A stretch of 63,800 nucleotides of DNA, filler included, from Octopus bimaculoides (taxonomy: Eukaryota): NCBI RefSeq assembly GCF_001194135.2. It is 5 parts of 5 records of this genome, joined end to end, with 100 filler letters (N's around TTAATTAATTAA, not from the genome) between each part and the next. Parts side by side here need not be neighbours in the genome. Positions count along the whole stretch, not along the records: positions 1 to 27,562 come from NC_068993.1; positions 27,663 to 47,918 come from NC_068988.1; 3 more parts are not named here. One strand, written 5' to 3'. This document shows, piece after piece, positions 25,433-36,474 of this stretch. The number at the start of each line of letters is the position of its first letter. Position 1 is the stretch's first letter. Under the pieces are notes generated by a model, which searched no databases, was not told the DNA's origin, and worked only from the letters and a program-made list of their open reading frames with translations. The position numbers were made by a program, and so were the translations under genes.

Positions 25433-27662
25433 CTGAAGAGAGAACAAAAGTAGAAAAAAAAAACACTCATTAGACCATTGAAGCATTAAAGAAAATTTAG
25501 ACATGAAAATGATAAATATATATATATACATACATATATATATATTCACCATGATAGATCGCTAACCACTACATTTATATTTTTTTTCTCCTTGTTTCTC
25601 TCCTTATTTCTTTCTGTGTTCCTTTCAGTTGAAGACTTTCTCTATTCCCGAGTGTTATACTAATACATCCATTTGTTGTTTACACCACCTGTCTTCGTCT
25701 GTTGTTTTTTCGTAAATTCTCCCATATATATATATATATATATATATAAAGTTAAATTAAATAGAGAAATACTATTGACAAGCAAATAATTTATTTATAC
25801 TATTACATGATATACTATGAATATAATATAACATTATATTATATAACATAAACTGTTATTATTAAAAAAAACAAGAAGGCCAACAAATTGTTTCAACTTA
25901 TATACAATAAATTTTTGGATTGTCAATAGTATCTCTCTATTTAATTTATCCTTGTAATTGCATTATACACATGTTTATATGGTATTCAACTGATGTACCA
26001 GTGAAGTGGATGTTTAACACATCCCTTTGAAGGAACTCTTTTCCTCAGTTTGTTGCTTTATATATATGTGTGTCTGNNNNNNNNNNGGGAAAAAAAATAG
26101 GGAAAATGAGAATGGTATATATTAATAAGATGACGACATGAAGGAAGGGAGTGAAAGAATAAGGAGATGGAAAGAAAGAAGAAAAAACTTTTATGGAAAG
26201 GAGGAAATAGGAAATATAGAGAGAAATAAGGGAATGAAAGTAGAAATAAAATATATAAAGATATTGTAGTTGCAGTTCCATTATGCGAGGAAAGAGGTGT
26301 ATAGAAGTGGTAAAAAAAGGTTTCCTGTGCATGGTATGTAAGTTCCAATAGTAGTTCATGGTTAGTCATTTCAAAGTATGGAGCTGTGGATTTTGTGTTG
26401 CTCATTTGAAAGGGTCTTGTGGTGTGTATATATATATACACATATATATACATCTAGCATCAGTATCATTATCATTGTTTTATTTAATGCTCACTTCTCC
26501 CTGTTTGCTTGGGGAGGATGAAATTTATTGAGATGGATCTTTTTTACTTGTATGTCCTTCTTATGACAAGCCCTTAACTGTTTCCAAGCAAAGTAAAATT
26601 TCCCCTTGACCAAACGTTTACACAGAATATTGGAAATGAAGAACACTGCCAGATATCATGAGACGCCGAGGTGAGGAGACAGTAACATGCATATGCACAC
26701 AGACACACAGACACACAGACACACATATGCAAAAGGCTTCTTTCAGTTTCCATCTACCAGATATCCACTCACAAGGTTTAGTTGACCCCATGACTGTAGT
26801 AAAAGACACTTGTCCTAAGTGTCACACTGGTATTGAACCCAGATTCATCTGATTGGGAAACAAACTTCTTACCACATAGCTATGCCTGCACCTATACACA
26901 CACACAAACACACACCCACAAACACACACACACACACAAACACATATATATAGTTACATACACATACACACACACACATATATACAGCATTCAAGACCCT
27001 GTGACTACTTCCATATCCATGGTTCCACAAAAAAAAATCCCACAAAATTTGACAGAGCTGAAACAGATAGTATGCAGCACATACTCACACTCACACATGC
27101 ACACACACACAAACCCACATACACATGTGTGCACATGCAAGCACATACACACACACACACATACACATCTTGGATATTGTTATTTGGAATAAAATGAAAC
27201 ATAGGAAACAGATTATTCTGTGCAATTCAGCTTTCCGCTTGACGTCAATATGGTAAAAAAAAAACAGGGCTAAGTAGACATTGATGAATGACTGATACAA
27301 ACCCCTCTACCCCAATATACCCTTTTAGTATGAAACCAGTTTCTGTGAAAGCAATCGGGTATTTACCAATCCATCTCGATCAAAGCATGACTCAACTCCC
27401 ATTTTCATACAACACAGATTTACTTCATCTGAAACAAACAAGTTTTTAATGCAAACAACTGTCCCTCCGTTTTCCTTCTAATTAATTTATTTTCTCTTAA
27501 TTATCACTGATCTGGCAGCTGATAAAACTAAACATTCATATATATATATATATATATATATANNNNNNNNNNNNNNNNNNNNNNNNNNNNNNNNNNNNNN
27601 NNNNNNTTAATTAATTAANNNNNNNNNNNNNNNNNNNNNNNNNNNNNNNNNNNNNNNNNNNN

Positions 27663-28150
27663 AACCCCACCTCCCAGCCTGGTTCGTTTCCCTGCTCCTG
27701 CATACGCTGTTGTACTTGCCCCTACCTCTCCAGCACCACCATCCCCACAGGCACCCATCAACGTTCCTATCACATCATCCACCCCTTTACCTGCACTTCT
27801 AGTAACGTCATTTACTGCATCTCCTGCTCTTTCTACTCTTCTCTGTACATCGGTTAAACGGACGCCGCATGGCTGACCGGTTCGCGGAGCACCTCCGAGA
27901 CATCAAACTCGGCAGTGACACCTCGGTCTCGTGTCAGTTCCTCTCTATCGGTCATTCAATACATCTGTTTCGGACTGTCTTTGCACAAGGACTACCCGGA
28001 CTACCCGGACTACCCGGACTACCCGGACTCCCTCCTTCGCTGTGAACGGGAATTAATGGGTTCTACACACCTCCTGTCTTCATCTGACAGCAACTTCCTT
28101 TCATCACTCCTACCTACCTCCTCTTTTCATTGATACCAACCCATGCCACC
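27663..28150 (+). mobile_element. Penelope-like element, GIY-YIG endonuclease fragment
   Basis: TCTSSNVIYCISC...SLYIG*T...ADRFAEHLRDIK...GHS; contains a 9-bp tandem (ggactaccc)x4 at 27989-28024. Confidence 0.75.
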
Positions 28151-28435
28151 CCTCACCACTCCACACACTGACCACTTCCCATCACCCACCCCACAGACAC
28201 CATCATCCACACATCCAGACGCAATCTTCAATAGCGTCACCACACCTATCACTATATGAGTAGTCACACATTACAGATGCACACACGCACACACGCACAC
28301 ACTTACACACGCACACACTTACACACTTACACACTTACACACTTACACACGCACACACGCACACACGCACACACCTGCACATGCGCACACTCACATCAGA
28401 GTCACTAGCCCCTATTCACACACATACACATTCAC

Positions 28436-28660
28436 GAACTGGCAGAAACGTTAGCACGCCGGGCGAAATGCTTAGCGGTATTTCGTCTGCCGCTACGTTC
28501 TGAGTTCAAATTCCGCCGAGGTCGACTTTGCCTTTCATCCTTTCGGGGTCGATCAAATAAGTACCAGTTACGCACTGGGGTCGGTATAATCGACTTAATC
28601 CGTTTGTCTGTCCTTGTTTGTCCCCTCTGTGTGTAGCCCCTTGTGGGTAGTAAAGAAATA
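28436..28660 (+). mobile_element. tRNA-like SINE family 3 (CpG-intact); other copies at 370-580 (decayed), 14985-15180, 43665-43810 and 60722-60920
   Basis: Shared core gttagcacgccgggcgaaatgcttagcgg...gagttcaaattccgccgaggtcgactttgcctttcatcc. Confidence 0.85.
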
Positions 28661-28699
28661 ACACACATACACATTCACACACACCATTCTCACATACAC

Positions 28700-28980
28700 A
28701 CGCACGCGCACGTTCATTTGGAATCACCAGTACTTTATTATCTCCCCTTCTTTCAACCTCTTCTTTCAAACGTTTTTCCTGGTCATTTGCCAAGCTTGAC
28801 CGCTAAATTTACAAGGTCTTTTATTCTCTCTCTGTTTATTTTCTCTTATTCCTTTCTGCTGAAGAGCGTAGGCTCGAAACGTAACAGACTTTTTCATTTT
28901 CCCGAGCGTCAAACTAATACACCTGTTTGTTGTTCATACAACTGTCTTCGTCTTTTGTTTTGCTATACATTTCAACGACA
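28700..28980 (+). mobile_element. Penelope-like pseudo-LTR with a minimal hammerhead-like core
   Basis: ctgaaga-gcgtaggctc-gaaacgta at 28859-28883; a related copy lacking the core lies at 25560-25720. Confidence 0.55.
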
Positions 28981-29140
28981 TACACACACATATATATGCA
29001 TATGTATGTATGTATGTGGATATATATAATGATTTAAGAGATGATACCAGTACAAAGAAAATCAAAAGCGTAACGTGAATATTCATCAACTACCATTAAG
29101 ATATATTTCTTTTGCGGTTAGGGACGGTTTACATTTCACA

Positions 29141-29187
<47 letters not shown>

Positions 29188-29680
29188 AATGAATAACCTT
29201 TACGATATTTGCTACAAGTCAACATCTAATTTAATTTAGGTATAGAATTTGCTCATTACGAAGTGCGAAAAAGATTCGTCTGGCAATAGGGAAGTTTTTT
29301 TTTTACTGGATTAGAAATACTTATACACGTGCAGACATCAACTAAATGTTTCATGTTTTCTGTTTAAGCAATTCTCCGAGTTATTTTTTGGGCGGTTGAC
29401 TGATACCCACAGCCGTTCTAGGTTTAGATCCCTTTGACTGATATTGTAGGTAGCGTTCCATTCACGTAATTTTCTAATGTGGGCAGCCGGCGTCGTGTAA
29501 CTCAACATTCGTCAGACGACTGTTGAATTAACCTTCGACACTAGGAAGGATTGTTAACACGAAACATTTGGTAATATGAAACAGCTGTTACGAGGCTAAA
29601 TTTATGTTTTATAAATGATATATTTCTATTACCCAATATACGAGAGTCTGATCTTTTTATGACTTGTGAAGACTTGATAA

Positions 29681-29722
<42 letters not shown>

Positions 29723-31103
29723 NNNNNNNNNNNNNNNNNNNNNNNNNNNNNNNNNNNNNNNNNNNNNNNNNNNNNNNNNNNNNNNNNNNNNNNNNNNNNN
29801 NNNNNNNNNNNNNNNNNNNNNNNNNNNNNNNNNNNNNNNNNNNNNNNNNNNNNNNNNNNNNNNNNNNNNNNNNNNNNNNNNNNNNNNNNNNNNNNNNNNN
29901 NNNNNNNNNNNNNNNNNNNNNNNNNNNNNNNNNNNNNNNNNNNNNNNNNNNNNNNNNNNNNNNNNNNNNNNNNNNNNNNNNNNNNNNNNNNNNNNNNNNN
30001 NNNNNNNNNNNNNNNNNNNNNNNNNNNNNNNNNNNNNNNNNNNNNNNNNNNNNNNNNNNNNNNNNNNNNNNNNNNNNNNNNNNNNNNNNNNNNNNNNNNN
30101 NNNNNNNATGCTGAGTAAAAAGTAAGGAAGGTTTGAAACATGAAATTTATCACACTATATTTCAATAATGCGGAAATTTTATTCTTCAAAGTAAGTACCA
30201 TATATACATGTACAACAGAAACAGGAAGAAAGAGTGAGCGAAAACTGTGGTGAAAGAGTACAGCAGGGTTCGCCACCATCCCCTGCCAGAGCCTCGTGGA
30301 GCTTTAGATGCTTTTGTTCAATAAACACTCGTAACGCCTGGTCTGGGAATCAAAACCGCGATCCCACGACCGCGAGTCCGCTGCCCCAACCACTGGGCCA
30401 TTGCGCCTCCACATATAGCTATACTTATTTATGGTTCAGAAATATAGAATATAAGATATGAAACCTCGTTTAGGAATTCTGATTGAAAACAAATACGGTT
30501 AAATCATGCAATATGGGATTGAAACGTATAACGCGTAATAAAGGTTGCGATTCGTGGGCATTAATACATATAAAGCAGATTATAGGATACGGAGCATGGG
30601 TTTTTAGTACAGAATTCCAGATATATTGGAGGGTAGATAATATCGGTGTTAGTTGGTTTGAAGATCTTCGGTAGTTCTTTAGGTCTGTACATATAAAAGA
30701 TACCCAGATTTGCAGAGAAGATGACCATATTTTTCCATAGCAGATCAACCCTGAACTTAAAACTCAGTCTGCTCGGTAACTAATATACATAATTCTGGTG
30801 GCTCCCCGTCACACCTAACAAGAAGTAAGTCGATCTTTCCTGCGTCATGAATTTCTTTCAATCAAAGCACGGCATTCTTTATGAATGAAAGCCGATATAT
30901 TTACCAACTAAATTCAACTGTATCTTACCGATTATCTGTTCGTAACTAGGGTGACTATTTCATGAAATTCGCACCCCATGAGTAACAGATTCGCCTAATA
31001 GTCATATGTTATTATTGTATGTGATTATAAAATTGTGTATTTACGAATTTTCATTCTCACTCTGTGTGTGTGTGTGTGTGTTTTGTTTGTGTGTGTATGT
31101 GTG

Positions 31104-31155
<52 letters not shown>

Positions 31156-31462
31156 NNNNNNNNNNNNNNNNNNNNNNNNNNNNNNNNNNNNNNNNNNNNN
31201 NNNNNNNNNNNNNNNNNNNNNNNNNNNNNNNNNNNNNNNNNNNNNAAAAATCGACGAATAGGGGAGAAGCACTGCAAAACAAAGACGCACCACGTAGCAG
31301 TACGACCTCACCCGACGACGCCGGTCGAGAGACTGATGCCTGAGGGTCGCATCAAGTAGCTTGTAACAGCGGAAGACTGAACTACATGGGTTTGTCCCAC
31401 AGAGAACGTTTCTGCTTATTTTAGGGTACCCCCGCGTATGTGTGTGTGTATATATGTATAAA

Positions 31463-31531
<69 letters not shown>

Positions 31532-32779
31532 ATATATATATATCTATATATCTATATCTATATATATATATCTATATATATATATATATATCTATNNNNN
31601 NNNNNNNNNNNNNNNNNNNNNNNNNNNNNNNNNNNNNNNNNNNNNNNNNNNNNNNNNNNNNNNNNNNNNNNNNNNNNNNNNNNNNNNNNNNNNNNNNNNN
31701 NNNNNNNNNNNNNNNNNNNNNNNNNNNNNNNNNNNNNNNNNNNNNNNNNNNNNNNNNNNNNNNNNNNNNNNNNNNNNNNNNNNNNNNNNNNNNNNNNNNN
31801 NNNNNNNNNNNNNNNNNNNNNNNNNNNNNNNNNNNNNNNNNNNNNNNNNNNNNNNNNNNNNNNNNNNNNNNNNNNNNNNNNNNNNNNNNNNNNNNNNNNN
31901 NNNNNNNNNNNNNNNNNNNNNNNNNNNNNNNNNNNNNNNNNNNNNNNNNNNNNNNNNNNNNNNNNNNNNNNNNNNNNNNNNNNNNNNNNNNNNNNNNNNN
32001 NNNNNNNNNNNNNNNNNNNNNNNNNNNNNNNNNNNNNNNNNNNNNNNNNNNNNNNNNNNNNNNNNNNNNNNNNNNNNNNNNNNNNNNNNNNNNNNNNNNN
32101 NNNNNNNNNNNNNNNNNNNNNNNNNNNNNNNNNNNNNNNNNNNNNNNNNNNNNNNNNNNNNNNNNNNNNNNNNNNNNNNNNNNNNNNNNNNNNNNNNNNN
32201 NNNNNNNNNNNNNNNNNNNNNNNNNNNNNNNNNNNNNNNNNNNNNNNNNNNNNNNNNNNNNNNNNNNNNNNNNNNNNNNNNNNNNNNNNNNNNNNNNNNN
32301 NNNNNNNNNNNNNNNNNNNNNNNNNNNNNNNNNNNNNNNNNNNNNNNNNNNNNNNNNNNNNNNNNNNNNNNNNNNNNNNNNNNNNNNNNNNNNNNNNNNN
32401 NNNNNNNNNNATATATATATGCGTGTGTGACTGTGTGTGTTTCTCCCCTTCTGTATACATATTTATGCTCCTAACTCAGTTGTCGACTTACTGCTTTAAC
32501 CATTTATATTGAAATATTTCCATCAATTTCTTCGTATTTTGAAACATCTTAACTGAAAATGTATTTCCTAATAATATTACACAAACCTGAAACTTAGAGA
32601 GAGATTGTGTGTGTGTGTAAATTTCGAAATCACTGTCACTCTTACAAAAGTTAAATAATTTAATAAACATGTTCTCTACGAAAATGTACAGCTTAATATT
32701 AAATTGTTTATTTATTTAAGAACTTGACACCTTTACCCCAAAGTCGACCGTCATACTAATTCTGATAAATATCTGAGGC

Positions 32780-34520
32780 GTTCTACGAAACAAATGCAAG
32801 CGCAAAATTGCGTACCTGAGGAATTCTTCTGCAGGCAATCACGCAATATGCATTGCACTTGTGGAGATACATCCGTTTGCAGTCATAAATGATGCAGAGA
32901 TACACATACCAATGTATGCTGTATTTTGTACGGACAGAAGAGAAAGAAGTCACGGTGGAGTTGCGTTTACATCCGTGAAGATGTCACTCCATTAAGTCTG
33001 TTATCATATTCAAAATCGGTATGTAACACTCTCAGTGCGTTTAAAGCAATGTAATGTGGAAATATGCACATTATATCGCCCATCCGATGCTTCAAATTGC
33101 GGTGGTAAATTTGAGGAAAGCCTCACAATGATAAAAGAAGTACTAACAAAAACTGAATCAATGCATTAATGTACTTCTGATGGGTGGCTTCAACTTCCTC
33201 AACATCAGATGGCCGTAAAGCTACATTGTCTCTGGAATGAAGCAGAATCTTACTTGATCTCACGAAAATACTGTTCATGGAGCAAAACATGCCAGAAACA
33301 ACATATTAGAGCTCTGCTCCACCTACAGTGTGTTGGCACTCCGTCGCTTACGACGTCGAGGGTTCCAGTTGATCCGATCAACGGAACAGCCTGCTCGTGA
33401 AATTAACGTGCAAGTGGCTGAGCACTCCACAGACACGTGTACCCTTAACGTAGTTCTCGGGGATATTCAGCGTGACACAGAGTATGACAAGGCTGGCCCT
33501 TTGAATTACAGGCACAACAGAAACAGGAAGTAAGAGTGAGAGAAAGTTGTAGTGAAAGAGTGCAGCAGAGTTCTCCACCATCCTCTGCCGAAGCCTGGTG
33601 GAGCTTTAGGCGTTTTCGCTCAATAAACACTCACAATGCCCGGTCTGGGAATCGAAACCGTGATCTTATGACCGCAAGTCCGCTGCCCTAACCACTGGGC
33701 CATTGCGCCTCCACGCTTCACCNNNNNNNNNNNNNNNNNNNNNNNNNNNNNNNNNNNNNNNNNNNNNNNNNNNNNNNNNNNNNNNNNNNNNNNNNNNNNN
33801 NNNNNNNNNNNNNNNNNNNNNNNNNNNNNNNNNNNNNNNNNNNNNNNNNNNNNNNNNNNNNNNNNNNNNNNNNNNNNNNNNNNNNNNNNNNNNNNNNNNN
33901 NNNNNNNNNNNNNNNNNNATGAAACTTAATGAATTCGTGTCAATAATGCGAGCCATATGCATTAAATTTGTCGCAGGGAAGTGTTCCACTACATACAAAA
34001 GCATCGTTCCCCCAGAAAAGAGAGCCCTTATGAGATGGAAAATAAAGTTCTCCAGTCGCTTAAATAATCAACTTAATGACAGCAAGTAATCATCCCTCAA
34101 AGAGACACTTTAAAAGATCAAAAATAAACTTTTCATTTCTATGAAAAAGAAAAGATAAGAAGAGAAACCAGGGTGGTGGAAAATACAAAAGTATGAATCC
34201 AAAAGCCTTCTTACAAGTTTGTGAAAGCATTTGCCACTATGCACTACAAGAAAGGGCCACTTTTTGAAGAAGATGGCCCATTAACTACGGACCTCAGGAT
34301 GATAAATGAAATGAATTGGGGAAGAGTATTCAGATGAGTATTCCTATTCCCATCTGAATACACCCCACACACCCAATCCCCTCCCTCTAACACAGCTCTC
34401 CAAATTCAATCATTCCATCTTCAAACTTCTTTCCTTAACATGTCAAATGTAAGATCTTTTCCATGAAGACGGCGGCTCGTCTCATCCTATGATGGAATCA
34501 ATCAACAAACATTATTATGG
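32780..34520 (+). mobile_element. CR1-like LINE remnant (APE endonuclease and linker) interrupted by a SINE and an assembly gap
   Basis: IALVEIH...DAEIHIP.Y...TDRRERSHGGVAF.IRED...CTLYRP...GGFNFLNIRW at 32850-33215; NPKAF...KGPLFEEDGPLTTDLRMINE at 34195-34320. Confidence 0.7.
33330..33712 (-). mobile_element. tRNA-derived SINE family 2 (CpG-intact); other copies at 1355-1685 (decayed), 30210-30410 and 42240-42545
   Basis: Minus-strand head ggaggcgcaatggcccagtgg...ggtttcgattccc with A/B boxes; the body aligns between copies. Confidence 0.85.
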
Positions 34521-34631
34521 ACTACCGAGCCCCCAGAAACAGCTGTTAGATTTGTAATACTTCTCCTCCACCCCTTTTCTATATCATTTGTTTTCTGTAT
34601 AAGTTGGAACTTTTTATATGTATGTATATGA

Positions 34632-34824
34632 CCTCTACTTCACTGCTATACCCTTCTGTCCCTTCCTCCTTGTTCCACTTCCTCCCTCCACCATCCTCTC
34701 TATCTATTTATCTATCTGTCTTCCTCTATCTTCCTATCTATCCCTCTGTCCTGGCCTCTACTTCACTGCTATACCCTTCTGTCCCTTCCTCCTTGTTCCA
34801 CTTCCTCCCTCCACCATCCTCTCT
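34632..34824. repeat. 70-bp direct duplication, period 123 bp
   Basis: cctctacttcactgctataccc...ccatcctctct at 34632 and 34755. Confidence 0.9.
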
Positions 34825-35350
34825 GCTCTCGTGTGACCTGTGGTCAACTTTCTTTTCACTCCAGCCGCTGTGAAGGCAAGACGAACTACTAGCGTTCTAC
34901 CTCAGATTTGCGTTTGGCCGTACGGCTTTTGAATGTTGTTTTCACTGTCCATTTTTTCCTGTCTTGGTTTGTGTTTGCCACCTNNNNNNNNNNNNNNNNN
35001 NNNNNNNNNNNNNNNNNNNNNNNNNNNNNNNNNNNNNNNNNNNNNNNNNNNNNNNNNNNNNNNNNNNNNNNNNNNNNNNNNNNNNNNNNNNNNNNNNNNN
35101 NNNNNNNNNNNNNNNNNNNNNNNNNNNNNNNNNNNNNNNNNNNNNNNNNNNNNNNNNNNNNNNNNNNNNNNNNNNNNNNNNNNNNNNNNNNNNNNNNNNN
35201 NNNNNNNNNNNNNNNNNNNNNNNNNNNNNNNNNNNNNNNNNNNNNNNNNNNNNNNNNNNNNNNNNNNNNNNNNNNNNNNNNNNNNNNNNNNNNNNNNNNN
35301 NNNNNNNNNNNNNNNNNNNNNNNNNNNNNNNNNNNNNNNNNNNNNNNNNN

Positions 35351-35401
<51 letters not shown>

Positions 35402-35701
35402 CGAACAATGAAAATAAATACTCTACACTGCAAAGTACTTTATTTGTGGATTTTCGCCACTACATCAGGTTTCATACATTACAATTTCCAAGTGTTCCAC
35501 TTACGGAATGACGGTAACCCAGCTCCATTTTGCGTTTGCCGTATGTATGTATGTATGTATGTATGTATGTATGTAGGTTAGTTACAGGATTCATTTGAAT
35601 CTCTCTATCTATCTGTTCTGTCTGTCACTCTGTCTATAGACATACGCATATATGCATACATACCCAATCCAATATAAACCGTAGATCCAACTATAGCGTA
35701 T

Positions 35702-35995
35702 GTATAAAAGAAAGGCACAAATCGGGTTTAGAATTCACAACAGCTGTTTCGGCAGCATTTTATCGATGAATTCATAAATAACATCATGGCAAAAACATGC
35801 CATCATTAAGAAGCAATTTTCGCCATGGTAGTGGTGAACTAGTCATCTATTTCTACCTTACTTGTTTATGTATTTAATATCAATATTTACTCGATGATGG
35901 TGGAGTTTTGCCATTATGTAATCTAAGAATTCATCAATAAAATGCTGCTGAAACAGCTGTTGTGAACTTTAAACCCCGTTTGTGTTCTTTTATAT
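35702..35995. repeat. Foldback element with ~105 bp imperfect inverted arms
   Basis: ttcacaacagctgtttcggcagcattttatcgatgaattc (left) mirrors gaattcatcaataaaatgctgctgaaacagctgttgtgaa (right). Confidence 0.85.
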
Positions 35996-36474
35996 AGTAA
36001 TTTGTGTGTCTGGATGTGTACATATATTTGTATGTATTTACGTGTATTATGAGTATGCTTTCATATCTGCTGAGATGGATATATCTATAATACACTGTTG
36101 AACGGACAGCACGTACCTGTCACCAAATTTTATGGTATTCTAACTAACCTTAACATAAAACGAAACCAACAGCATAGGAAGAAACAATAAACTGTTAGAA
36201 AATGACCATATGTATTTCTTAGACGATCTAAATAACACTCTTTCTTCTTTCTGTCTCACCCGACTCTATCTTACGATAGTTTTTTTTTTATCTCTGATGT
36301 TGTCTATATAGCATCCTACCGGTTGGAGATAAGTATAGTCACAAGCCACCTCCATGATGGTGACTACTGTCACCTTTTCACCCCAACAATTTTACGTTTA
36401 ATAATTATAATTACATCTGACTGGCAATTTGACAGTAAGGGTTGATTATGTAATTTGCATTATGTAACCACTTA

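Noticed and set aside
27563-27662. N-flanked TTAATTAATTAA 12-mer, also at 47963-47974, 52611-52622 and 56596-56607
   Set aside because: An identical six-frame-stop spacer between N runs is an assembly join marker, not biology. It also means order and spacing across these joins are less certain.
29142-29183. 42-nt poly(A) run as the tail of a processed pseudogene
   Set aside because: No upstream coding remnant or target-site duplication recognised.
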